This document shows, in pieces, positions 7,790 to 16,625 of a stretch of 42,817 nucleotides of DNA (position 1 is its first letter; each line of letters starts with the position of its first letter). This DNA is from a virus (taxonomy: Duplodnaviria; Caudoviricetes). The notes beneath the pieces are model-generated. The model did not search any database, was not told where the DNA came from, and saw only the letters and a list, made by a program, of their open reading frames with translations. Position numbers and translations under genes: made by a program. The stretch spans positions 1 to 42,817 of the IMG/VR virus record IMGVR_UViG_3300037474_000136, one strand, 5' to 3'.

Positions 7790-9966
7790 AGGCCCCCTCC
7801 GTGTTGGTCGACACCCCGGCGAAGCTGGCGGAGCTGCGCGGGCGGCTCCTGCGGCTGCGGGACGCGGGCTGGGTCGAGCCGGTCGGCTTCGACGTCGAGT
7901 CGTTCGGGCCGGAGTTCGAGCACGGCGGCAAGCGCAAGCCGGACTTCACCCGCCACCGCCTGGCCGGCTACAGCATCTCGTTCGTGGACGGCGCCCGATA
8001 CTACGTGCCGCTGCGCCACCCCGAGCAGGACACGGGCCCGGGCCCCGCGCCGGCCTACGACGCGCCGGACCTGCGGGAGCGGTACGTCGCGCTGCCGGGC
8101 GCGTGGCGCCTGCTGAAGTTCCTAGAGCTGGCGGACCCCGTCGTCTGGGGGCACAACCTCAAGACGGAAATAGCGGTGGTGGCCAACGAGGGCTTCACCA
8201 TCCGGTGCCGGCTGCGCGACTCCGAACTCGCCGCGTGGATGGCGGGCATGGAGCTGGACGGTGCGGGCGGCCTCAAGCTCAAGCCGCTGTCCCGGGAGTA
8301 CTTAGGGCACGTCGGCCCGGACTTCGCGGAGGTGTCGCGCGGACGCCAGAGCAACGAGATTCCCGCCGCCGAACTGGCGCCGTACGCCGCCGACGACCCG
8401 TGGCTGGCGCTGCGGCTTGGCGAACTGGCCTACGCGCGCATCGTCGAGTTGGACTCGGTCGCGCACTTTGAACTGGAAATGCGCTGCATCAAGGTGACCG
8501 AGCACATGGAGCGCACCGGGGTCGCCGTCGACCGGGCGTACCTGCTGAGCGAGGCTGACCGCTGCGAGGCCGAGGCCCTGATGGTGGCGCAGGCGTTCGA
8601 GCGGCTGACGCGCTGCCCGGTCCAGGTGCCGGTCAAGGTGAAGCGCCCCAAGCCATGCCCGCACTGCTCGTCGGCCATGAACCCGCCGAGCGTGTCCTGC
8701 ACGGCGGACGGGCGGAAAGTGTGCGTGGGTGGCATCCTGCATCACCGCAACGGTAAGCCGGTGCTGCACACCGTCGAGGAGCTGGGCTGGGCGGAGCGCG
8801 GCGCGCGCATCGGTAGCGATGCCGACGTGTCCCGGTGGCTCTACCGCGAGCTGGGTTGGTGGCCGGCCGAGGGTGTGCCGGAAGTGGAGTATGGGCCCAG
8901 CGTCAAGGAAGACTTCATCCGACCGTTCGCGGGCATGCCCGGGCGGGCGGGCGAGGCCGCTCGGCTACGCCTGCGGTACCAGGCCCTGCGCAAGTACGTG
9001 ACGACCTACACCCGCGGGCTGGTGGCGCTGGCCGACCAGGCGGGCGACGGTAGGCTGCACACGAGCTACAAACAGGACGGCACGGACACCACACGCTACT
9101 CCAGCAGCATGCCCAACCAGTCGAACCTGCCGCGCAGCAAGCGCCAGGACTTGCCCTGGATGAAGGACCTGCCGGACATCCGCAAGGCGTTCGTGCCGAC
9201 CCCGGGCTGGGTGGTGGTCATCTTCGACTTCAGCCAAATCGAAATGCGCATCATGGCGCACTACAGCCGTGACCCCAACCTTTCCGCCTGCTACTCGGGG
9301 ACGAGTCCGGTGGACGTGCACGAGCGCACGCGTCTCGGCATGGAGGTGCGCAGCGGCTCGGGCATGAAGGTGCAGCGCGGCGACGCGAAAATCACCAACT
9401 TCTCGACCATCTACGACATCAGCCCGAACGCGCTGGCGCGCAAGCTCAGCCTCGGCACCAACGACTGGGAGACCTACACCCCCGACGTTGCGGCTGGGTT
9501 CATCGAGGGCTTCTTCGACGCGTACCCCAAGGTGCGCCGGTACCACGAAAGGTCCGTGGCCTATGCGCAAGAGCACGGCTACGCCACCTGTCTGACGGGC
9601 TTCAAGCGGCCCATCACTGGGTGGAATGAGCGACGTAAGGACCCCAAGTCCGGACGCAGCTACAGCCGCTACGGCACGTGTAAACGGCAGGCCATCAACA
9701 CCCCCATCCAGGCGTCGGCTGGCGGCATCCTGAAGCGCGCGCTGGTTGGCCTGTACGAGCGTTGGGACGCAGAAGGGTTGCTCAACACTCAGGTGCGCAT
9801 GCAGGGGCAGGTTTACGATGAGATTATCGTCGAATGCCGCCCTGAGGTGGTCGAGCGTGTGTCGGCCGACATCAAGGAAATCATGGAGGGAGCCGCGCCG
9901 GAGTTGCGCGTTCCGATTGTCGCGGAGGGTGGGGTTGGGTCCGACTGGAGTTCCGCCAAGTCATGA
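7786..9966 (+). CDS. polA: Family A DNA polymerase with 3'-5' exonuclease
   Basis: ExoI FDVES, ExoII HNLKTE, ExoIII YAADD; TTRYSSSMPNQSNLP; motif A DFSQIEMR; motif B R..AKITNF..IY; AINTPIQ; motif C QVYDE. Confidence 0.95.
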   Translation: MKAPSVLVDTPAKLAELRGRLLRLRDAGWVEPVGFDVESFGPEFEHGGKRKPDFTRHRLAGYSISFVDGARYYVPLRHPEQDTGPGPAPAYDAPDLRERYVALPGAWRLLKFLELADPVVWGHNLKTEIAVVANEGFTIRCRLRDSELAAWMAGMELDGAGGLKLKPLSREYLGHVGPDFAEVSRGRQSNEIPAAELAPYAADDPWLALRLGELAYARIVELDSVAHFELEMRCIKVTEHMERTGVAVDRAYLLSEADRCEAEALMVAQAFERLTRCPVQVPVKVKRPKPCPHCSSAMNPPSVSCTADGRKVCVGGILHHRNGKPVLHTVEELGWAERGARIGSDADVSRWLYRELGWWPAEGVPEVEYGPSVKEDFIRPFAGMPGRAGEAARLRLRYQALRKYVTTYTRGLVALADQAGDGRLHTSYKQDGTDTTRYSSSMPNQSNLPRSKRQDLPWMKDLPDIRKAFVPTPGWVVVIFDFSQIEMRIMAHYSRDPNLSACYSGTSPVDVHERTRLGMEVRSGSGMKVQRGDAKITNFSTIYDISPNALARKLSLGTNDWETYTPDVAAGFIEGFFDAYPKVRRYHERSVAYAQEHGYATCLTGFKRPITGWNERRKDPKSGRSYSRYGTCKRQAINTPIQASAGGILKRALVGLYERWDAEGLLNTQVRMQGQVYDEIIVECRPEVVERVSADIKEIMEGAAPELRVPIVAEGGVGSDWSSAKS

Positions 9967-10319
9967 GCTACGCAGCAAAGTTCCTCGGTAGGTTCTGGTC
10001 GAAGGTGATACGTACCCAAAGCTGCTGGGTGTGGGCCGGGTGTCGAACCGCGTTCGGACACGGGCAGTTGACGGCGCTGAATCAAACCCTGTACGCCCAC
10101 CGCACTGCGTGGGAGCTACATCACGGCGTGCCGGTGCCGGCGGGCATGGTGGTCATGCACGTGTGTGACAACCCGGCGTGCGTGCGGCCGGACCACCTGC
10201 GGGTCGGCACCCAGCAAGACAACCAGGCGGACTGCGACGCAAAGGGTCGTCGGGCGCGCGGTAAGCACAGTGGCACCTACAAGCACGGTCGATACTCAAA
10301 GTACACGGAGGCAGCATGA
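9963..10319 (+). CDS. HNH homing endonuclease
   Basis: RFWSKV..CWVW.G..G.GQ..AHR.AW..HVCDNPACVRPDHL..GT..DN..D. Confidence 0.9.
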   Translation: MSYAAKFLGRFWSKVIRTQSCWVWAGCRTAFGHGQLTALNQTLYAHRTAWELHHGVPVPAGMVVMHVCDNPACVRPDHLRVGTQQDNQADCDAKGRRARGKHSGTYKHGRYSKYTEAA

Positions 10320-10909
10320 ACGGTCCCAGGATACTACTCGATTGTGACGGAATCCTCGCGGATTTTAATGGCTACTGCGTGTCGCTCATCAACGAGCTGT
10401 TCGGCACGTCACACCGTCCCGAGGACGTCACGACCTGGGACTTCAAGAACCTGGGCCTGACCGAGACGCAGCAGGCGACGTTCCGGATGTGCCTACGCGG
10501 CGCCGACCCCAACATGTTCGCGTCCTTCCCTGGGTCGCACGAGCTGGTGCGCCGGCTGAGTGCGCTCGGGGAGCTGTGGATTGTGACCAGTCCCATGCCC
10601 GATAACCTGGAGTGGTGCGGGCGGCGGCTGTGCTGGCTGCAACGCCGATACGACATCGACCGGCACCGCGTGGTGTTCGCCGCGGACAAGTCGGCCGTGG
10701 ACGGCGTAGTGCTCATCGATGACTACGCCAAGAACCTGCACCAGTGGGAGGACGGCGGGCCTGGGCGGCGCGGCATCCTGTGGGAGCAGCCCTACAGCCG
10801 TGACGGCTACCCGTGGACCGGCTGGACGGTGCGCGGCGTGGACGCGGCCGTGGAGGCGACGGTCGCGGCGCTGGTGGATGCGGGCGGGCTCCAGTGGGTG
10901 GACCGATGA
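10316..10909 (+). CDS. HAD-family 5'(3')-deoxyribonucleotidase (NT5C-like)
   Basis: LLDCDGILADF, IVTSP, DK and LIDD motifs. Confidence 0.85.
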   Translation: MNGPRILLDCDGILADFNGYCVSLINELFGTSHRPEDVTTWDFKNLGLTETQQATFRMCLRGADPNMFASFPGSHELVRRLSALGELWIVTSPMPDNLEWCGRRLCWLQRRYDIDRHRVVFAADKSAVDGVVLIDDYAKNLHQWEDGGPGRRGILWEQPYSRDGYPWTGWTVRGVDAAVEATVAALVDAGGLQWVDR

Positions 10910-11424
10910 GCACCCCCGATTTCCAGGTCGACCTGCGGCGCGGCAAGGCGGGCGAGGCGTTCCTGATGGCGCAGCACCCGCACCTACGCTTACCGCCCGA
11001 CGGCGAGCGCCGTTGGGACTTGGAGACCACCGGCGACGTCGGACCGTTCCTAGGATGCCCCCCAATCCTGGGCACCCTCAAGTTCGAGGTGAAGTGCGAC
11101 AGCTACGACCCGGCGGAGACCCCCAACTTCTTCCTCGAGCAGCGTACGCGCGTCGCGGGCAAGCCAGGCGAGCTGCTGGGCGGCCCCTGGCGCGCGCTGG
11201 CCGAGGGCGTCGACACGTTCGTGTATCTGTACCACAACCCCAAGCGCGGGGGTGCGTCGCGGGCGTACTGGTTCTACGACATTCCCGCCCTGGTCACGCA
11301 CCTGGACGGGCACATGGATGACTACGAAGTTCGACGCGTGCGCGGCGGGCGGCTCACGGCCGTGGGCGTGCTCGTGCCACGCAAGACACTCAAGGGACTT
11401 TCGGAAAGGGTGGTGTACCAGTGA
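10906..11424 (+). CDS. PD-(D/E)xK nuclease-like protein
   Basis: DL..GK.GE...WD...FEVKCD...T.NFFLE pattern. Confidence 0.6.
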   Translation: MSTPDFQVDLRRGKAGEAFLMAQHPHLRLPPDGERRWDLETTGDVGPFLGCPPILGTLKFEVKCDSYDPAETPNFFLEQRTRVAGKPGELLGGPWRALAEGVDTFVYLYHNPKRGGASRAYWFYDIPALVTHLDGHMDDYEVRRVRGGRLTAVGVLVPRKTLKGLSERVVYQ

Positions 11425-11897
11425 CCAAGGACCACGAGTGGCCCGTGGTGGGCGCGAAGCCAGACGACGGTAGCGGACTCTCGCCGTACAGCCAGCAGGA
11501 CGGCATGCTGGGCGCTGACCCGATGGACGTGTCGCCCCGCGGGGGCCCGGGGTTGTTCCCGACGCCGGTTTGGGTTGGGCCGCCACCGGCGGTGTCGCCG
11601 CGCAGCCCGGTGTTGACGGCGGCGAGCGTTGCACACGACGTGCAACGGGAGCTTTACGGGCAACGGGACGCAGCGGTGGCGCTGGTCGAGCGCTACGCGC
11701 GGCAGGAGGTACTCAAGGCGCTGGCGAACGCCGGCACGCCGGGCCTGCAGGACGAGGTCGCTCAGCTCAAGCGGGAAATCGAAGGTTGGCGTATCGGCTC
11801 GCAGGTGGAGGCGGCCGAGGCGGACCGTGGCCGTGCGGAGGTCGCGAAGCTGCGACGCATCCTGCGCGAGCTTACCGAGTACCTGTTCAGTGAGTGA
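11421..11897 (+). CDS. Hypothetical protein with a C-terminal coiled coil
   Basis: 158 aa; GTGA overlap with the upstream gene. Confidence 0.6.
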   Translation: MTKDHEWPVVGAKPDDGSGLSPYSQQDGMLGADPMDVSPRGGPGLFPTPVWVGPPPAVSPRSPVLTAASVAHDVQRELYGQRDAAVALVERYARQEVLKALANAGTPGLQDEVAQLKREIEGWRIGSQVEAAEADRGRAEVAKLRRILRELTEYLFSE

Positions 11898-12093
11898 CCA
11901 GTACCTCCTCGGGTGGTTCGACGCCTGGCAGTGGCTGCTGAACCATCGGAGTCCGGCGCTGCGACTCGCCGCTTGCGCGCTTGAAACGGAACTGTTACGG
12001 TTGGGTTCGGAGGGCAAGACGGATGGAAGCGAAGCGGTTGGCGGAAACGGTGGCGATGCACGAGGCTCCGGCGGCTCCGAGCCTGCTCGATGA
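11890..12093 (+). CDS. Small hypothetical protein (MSDQYLLGWF...)
   Basis: GTG start overlapping the previous stop; its 3' end overlaps the next ORF. Confidence 0.4.
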   Translation: MSDQYLLGWFDAWQWLLNHRSPALRLAACALETELLRLGSEGKTDGSEAVGGNGGDARGSGGSEPAR

Positions 12094-12607
12094 GGTGCTG
12101 GACGTAACGGCGGCGCGGTACGCCGAGGGCAAGCTGCCCAAGCGAGCGCGGCGGCGGGCTGAACCGAAGCCACCGCCCGAGCCCGTGCGGTTCGCAGTGC
12201 CGTCCTTCATGCCGCCCGTGGTGCGGCAGGCGTACGACGCGGAGCTGCGCCGCGTGAGGGCCGCCACCCTTCCCGGGCTCTACGTGGACGAGCCGGCGTT
12301 CTTCGAGAATCGCCGCCCGGACTCGTTCGACACCTACGTTGCCGCGCCGGTTCCCGCCGAGCCGCCCACGCGCGCCTACGACCGCGCGGAGGTCGAGTGG
12401 CTGAACCGCGAGCCGACCCGGTCCGACGAACTTAGGGCGGAGCGCGCTCGGGTCCGGAGTGGTGAAGACGACCCGAACCCTGCCGGCGCCAAGCTGGTCG
12501 GGTTCACGCACTACAGTGGGTTGCCGCTCTACAAGCTCGGGCGCTGGGTCATCTGCGGCACCTGCTTCAGGCAGGAGTGCGCGTTTAGCCAGCTGGTCGA
12601 GGATTAG
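12023..12607 (+). CDS. Hypothetical protein with a C-terminal CxxC motif
   Basis: GGAGGG RBS; last gene of the + replication block. Confidence 0.55.
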   Translation: MEAKRLAETVAMHEAPAAPSLLDEVLDVTAARYAEGKLPKRARRRAEPKPPPEPVRFAVPSFMPPVVRQAYDAELRRVRAATLPGLYVDEPAFFENRRPDSFDTYVAAPVPAEPPTRAYDRAEVEWLNREPTRSDELRAERARVRSGEDDPNPAGAKLVGFTHYSGLPLYKLGRWVICGTCFRQECAFSQLVED

Positions 12608-12762
12608 CCGCGGTTCGGGGCCGGGTGCACCAGGCCGACCAGGAAGCTCAGCACCGTCCCGACCGCGGTAACGACGCCGGGCGGCATGACCTGTGTGGCC
12701 TCGAGCGTGGTGGCGATGGTCGTGATGGCAACCTGAACGGACTTGAGTTGGTTGTTCGTCAT
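12604..12762 (-). CDS. Putative holin (52 aa, MTNNQLKSVQVAITT...)
   Basis: Hydrophobic helices (VVTAVGTVLSFLVGLV); directly downstream of the endolysin. Below the ORF-track size cutoff. Confidence 0.5.
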   Translation of the reverse strand: MTNNQLKSVQVAITTIATTLEATQVMPPGVVTAVGTVLSFLVGLVHPAPNRG

Positions 12763-12768
12763 GGCGGG

Positions 12769-13299
12769 CTAACTCAGCTCGAAGTGTTGCGGGTCGGGTC
12801 GACCGTGGAAGTTCCCGCCCCACGCGATGCCGTGGGCCTCGGCGCGGCGCGCCAGTTCAAATCGGGTGTCGCCGGGCGGGCAGGGCTTGCCGAGCGGATA
12901 CCGGGCCGCGTTGAAGTCCAACGCCGTGCCCCAGGCGTGGTTACTGAGCGCTCGACCGTCGTGCACCTCGTCCAGGTGGCGGCAAGCCTCGAGCCGCGCC
13001 GCGAGTATCCCGTTCTGCCGCTTGAAGCGCGGCGCCCAGCTGCCGTTGAACGGGCCCAGCTCCTCGAGCAGCCCTTCCCGCTCCAGCTCCTCGAGCCAGT
13101 CGGTGAACGGCCCGATGGCGTGGTGGTGCAGGTTGATGCTGCGCTTGAGCGGTTCGATGCGGACCGACTCGATGTTCCGCTCGGCCCAGCCGCCCAGGAT
13201 GTGGACGTGCTCGGGGTTGCCTGGGCGCGGGTCCCAGCGCCAGTCGAAGGCACCGAACCGGCGCACACGCTCCTGGTGGTTCAGCAGCGGGAGCACCAT
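12769..13299 (-). CDS. Endolysin, peptidase M15 family (Zn peptidoglycan peptidase)
   Basis: R...LSNHAWGTALDFN, WGGNF and DPQHFE motifs. Confidence 0.85.
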   Translation of the reverse strand: MVLPLLNHQERVRRFGAFDWRWDPRPGNPEHVHILGGWAERNIESVRIEPLKRSINLHHHAIGPFTDWLEELEREGLLEELGPFNGSWAPRFKRQNGILAARLEACRHLDEVHDGRALSNHAWGTALDFNAARYPLGKPCPPGDTRFELARRAEAHGIAWGGNFHGRPDPQHFELS

Positions 13300-13302
13300 G
13301 CC

Positions 13303-13440
13303 CTACCCGACGTGGCAGGCGCGCAGGAACTCGAGCACCGCGAAGCCGCCACCCATCGCGTACATGAACCGCTCGACGCGACGCAGCCGCGCCTCGACGT
13401 CCTCGAGCCACTGACCGAAGGTTCGACCTGCCTGCTTCAT
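13303..13440 (-). CDS. Small coiled-coil plus hydrophobic-tail protein, lysis-associated (45 aa)
   Basis: MKQAGRTFGQWLEDVEARLRRVERFMYAMGGGFAVLEFLRACHVG; exactly fills the gap upstream of the endolysin. Confidence 0.55.
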   Translation of the reverse strand: MKQAGRTFGQWLEDVEARLRRVERFMYAMGGGFAVLEFLRACHVG

Positions 13441-13442
13441 GG

Positions 13443-13964
13443 CTAGGCTCCCCGCCCGCTGACGAGCACGTCGGCGGTGCCGGCCACGGTACCGTTGTCG
13501 GTCCAGCGCAGGCGCAGGTAGCTCGGCGGCTGCTTCATCTTGATGATGAAGTGCGCGACGCCCGCTCCGCTGAGGGTCACGTCGTTGGCGTTCACGGTGA
13601 TACCGCTCAGGGCCGACCCGCTCGAGTCCACCCCTTTGTACACGGACACGTCACCGCTCAGCGGAATCTGCACCCACTTGGCGGCGTCCGTGCTACGCGC
13701 GATGTCCAGTTCGACCTGCCGGTCCTCGGAGCCCTCGAGCGTCCACGCGCCCGTGGGGTACGTGGTTTCCGACACGTCCGGGGTTTGTGGGTCGTTGTCG
13801 TCGTCGACCAGGTGGGTGTCACCGTAGGTGATGACCTCGAACCGTACGTCCTCGCAAGTGGAGGCGCGGAAGCGGGCAGTCGTGAGGTCGCCCACCATAT
13901 TCCCGTCGGCCTCGAACGGACCGTCGGCGGTGGCGTGCAGTAGTTTCGCGGACTTGAGGTGCAT
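13443..13964 (-). CDS. Putative beta-rich virion protein
   Basis: 173 aa, beta-strand pattern ending YLRLRWT...VLVSG; GGAG RBS; lies in the late operon. Confidence 0.5.
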   Translation of the reverse strand: MHLKSAKLLHATADGPFEADGNMVGDLTTARFRASTCEDVRFEVITYGDTHLVDDDNDPQTPDVSETTYPTGAWTLEGSEDRQVELDIARSTDAAKWVQIPLSGDVSVYKGVDSSGSALSGITVNANDVTLSGAGVAHFIIKMKQPPSYLRLRWTDNGTVAGTADVLVSGRGA

Positions 13965-13988
13965 CGTGGGACTCCAGGGCTAGTACAC

Positions 13989-16616
13989 TTACAGGCGGCG
14001 TCCGGAGCCACGCTCCATGAGCCGGTCGTTCACGGTGGCCGTCGCCCCACTCAGGGCGCGGTCCTGGGCGCGTCCAAGGGCTCGGGTAACGGGGCCTGGA
14101 CGGGCCGCGTGCTGAGCCTGGGCGGCCGTCTGGGGCCGGGCGAGGGCCTGCTGGAGGTTCAGGGCGGCCGGCTCGACCGAGGGGTGCCCGGCGATGCCCA
14201 TGGTGACGCTGATGGCCATGGCCTGGCGCCACCCCACCTTGTCCGCGTGGGTCGTCAGCTGCTCGGTCAGCTCCTGGGTCATGTGACCCCAGAGGGCGGG
14301 AAAGGCGGTCTGCACGGCCAGCACGGCTGCGGGGTCCGGGACTCGCCCGGCGGCGAGCTGGTCCATCAGCCGCAGCGGGTCCTGGATGGCGGCGTCCACC
14401 GCGGCGAACCGCGCCACGTCCCGGTCGCTCAGCATCCGGGAGCTGCGCCGGGGCACGAGTCCACCACCATCACCCGCGGGGCCGAGGGGGACGGGAATGA
14501 CGCTACGCAGCAGCGCGTGGGCGTCGGCCAGTCGCTGCCGAAGCACGCCCGACACGCCCGGCGCGTGGGCGTCCACGTCCGGGGCCGTCTCGGCCAGTCG
14601 GTCCGCCAGCATGGTGGGGTCGGTCGCCTCGAGTTCGGCGATGCGGCTCGCCGCCGCGTCGCGTCGTTCGGACGCACTCGGGGCCGACAGCATGGCGCTC
14701 GTGGCGCTGGCGAGGCGCCGGTCGAACCCGTAGCGCCGACCGACCGCCTGGGCCTCCTCGAGGGATTCACGCGCGCCCGAGGCGAAGTTGCTCAGCCGGT
14801 CGCGCACGTAGCCGTGCACGCGCTGGACCGTGCTCGCGAGCTGGTACCGGGCGAGCAGCGAGTGCGCCGGACGGGTGAACCCCGCCGCGGCCGAGCGCGC
14901 GGCCAACGCGCCGGGGAAGCCCGCCACGCCGTGACCTACCACACCCGCCAGCAGTTCCGCGTCCATGCCACTCGCCTGCTCGCGTTCGAGCTGGTCGCGC
15001 AGCAGGTTACGCGCACCCTGAATCTCGCCGATGTCGTCGATGAGCCCGCTCAGCTTCGCGTCGTCGCCGGCCAGCTGCTTGAGGGCGTCCACGCGCGCGT
15101 CGGCGCGGGGCCGCGTGATGGCGTTCACGAACGACTCGACCTTGCCCGCGGCCACCTTCCCGTCCGCCCCGATGCCGAAGTCGCTGCGCAGGCGTTCGAC
15201 TGCCGCGTTGTCGCGGGTCCACGCACCGTGCGCCGCGCGCGCCTCGGCGTACGCCGCATCTGCCGCTTCCTTCGCCAGTTGCAGCCGCTCGAGTGGACCT
15301 GCGCTGCGCGCGGCCTTGAGGGCGGCCTGAGCCTCGCTCACGGCTCGACGCGCATCCGTCACCTCGAGCGACAGCTGTTCACGGGCTCGCTCCTGGGCGG
15401 GCAGCATGCGGTCCGAGTCCTCCAGGCGCAGGCGCCGCAACTCGGCGTCTGCCGCGCTGTAGCGCTCGCTGGCCGCGTCCGCGCGCGACTGCAGGGTTTT
15501 GAGGCTTTGCTCCGCGTCGGCGAACAACGCACTGTCGTCCGCCTTCGCCCGCGTCACGGCTGCCGCAGCCTCCGCACGAGCCTGAGCCGCATCCTGCACC
15601 CGCTGTTCTAACTTGACGCTCCGCTGCACACCCTCGTGCGCCGCGACGCGCTCCTCGAGCCCGGCCGCCAGCTGCCGCGCCTTGTCCTCCAGCTCCGCCT
15701 TCGGCGTCTGGGCCAACTCGAGGAACCGCTTACGAGCCTCGGGGCTGCCGCGCAGCGCCTGCGCCAGGTCACCCGCGCCCTGGGCCTCGAGCTGCGACGC
15801 TGCGTGGCTGTCGAGCACGTCGAGCACCTGCTGGCCATAACCCTTCGGCGGGGCCTCACCGAGCGCCTTGGCCGCCGCCGCGTTGATTTCCTCCGCCGTG
15901 GGCTTGGGGGCCCGACGTCCGAGCGCCCGCCCGAGCAGCGCGCCCGCCGCACCGCCCCAGAACGCGCCGTGCCCGCCGGCCGCGATAAGCGACTCCGCCG
16001 CGAGCGGCGCATCGCCCAGCACCGCCTCGGACACCTCGTGCCCGACGCCCACGACCGCGCCCTCGGCCGCGCCGCCCGCCGCCGTGACGGCCGTGCGCCC
16101 GAGCACCGTGGCCGCCGCCTCGGTACCGATGGCGCGCGCCGCGCCGGCCTCCGCCAGCCCGCCGAGCGAGGCACCGTCCGTGAGCAGCGCCGCCAGGCCC
16201 GCTCCGCCGAGGAAGCCCGCCGCGCGAGCCCCTCCGTGCTCCTCCGCGCGCGCCCGCAGCGCCAGCGGGTCCGCCCCGAGCTTGGCCTGCATCGCGTCGC
16301 CGAATCCGAGCGTCGCAGCGTCGAGCGCGCCATCCGCCGCCGCGCGCACCGCGCCGCTCGTGCTGCGCGCCTCCGCCCGAGCGACGTCCATGCCGCTCGC
16401 CAGGTGGAACCCAGCCTTGAGGTTCTCCTGCACGCGGGAGGCGGGCACGGACCACACCTTCCCGTCCGAGCCCACCATCGGGTACTCGTGGTCGGCCACC
16501 AGGCTCAGCTTGCCGGCGGCGAAGTCCCGCTCCAGTTCGACCGGGTCGTGTACGACTCGAGCGGCCTTGGCGGCCGGGTCCCACGCGGGTAGCCCGTTGC
16601 GTGCGTCTGCGCCCAT
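13989..16616 (-). CDS. Putative internal virion/ejection protein (875 aa)
   Basis: Ala/Gly-rich and helical, with a GAxDxATLGFGD motif; position after the tail genes. Confidence 0.65.
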   Translation of the reverse strand: MGADARNGLPAWDPAAKAARVVHDPVELERDFAAGKLSLVADHEYPMVGSDGKVWSVPASRVQENLKAGFHLASGMDVARAEARSTSGAVRAAADGALDAATLGFGDAMQAKLGADPLALRARAEEHGGARAAGFLGGAGLAALLTDGASLGGLAEAGAARAIGTEAAATVLGRTAVTAAGGAAEGAVVGVGHEVSEAVLGDAPLAAESLIAAGGHGAFWGGAAGALLGRALGRRAPKPTAEEINAAAAKALGEAPPKGYGQQVLDVLDSHAASQLEAQGAGDLAQALRGSPEARKRFLELAQTPKAELEDKARQLAAGLEERVAAHEGVQRSVKLEQRVQDAAQARAEAAAAVTRAKADDSALFADAEQSLKTLQSRADAASERYSAADAELRRLRLEDSDRMLPAQERAREQLSLEVTDARRAVSEAQAALKAARSAGPLERLQLAKEAADAAYAEARAAHGAWTRDNAAVERLRSDFGIGADGKVAAGKVESFVNAITRPRADARVDALKQLAGDDAKLSGLIDDIGEIQGARNLLRDQLEREQASGMDAELLAGVVGHGVAGFPGALAARSAAAGFTRPAHSLLARYQLASTVQRVHGYVRDRLSNFASGARESLEEAQAVGRRYGFDRRLASATSAMLSAPSASERRDAAASRIAELEATDPTMLADRLAETAPDVDAHAPGVSGVLRQRLADAHALLRSVIPVPLGPAGDGGGLVPRRSSRMLSDRDVARFAAVDAAIQDPLRLMDQLAAGRVPDPAAVLAVQTAFPALWGHMTQELTEQLTTHADKVGWRQAMAISVTMGIAGHPSVEPAALNLQQALARPQTAAQAQHAARPGPVTRALGRAQDRALSGATATVNDRLMERGSGRRL

Positions 16617-16625
16617 GCTGTCCTC

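Noticed and set aside
6496-9966. Z-genome (2-aminoadenine) pathway
   Set aside because: No PurZ/PurA-like gene is visible, and a DUF5664-like protein alone is insufficient.
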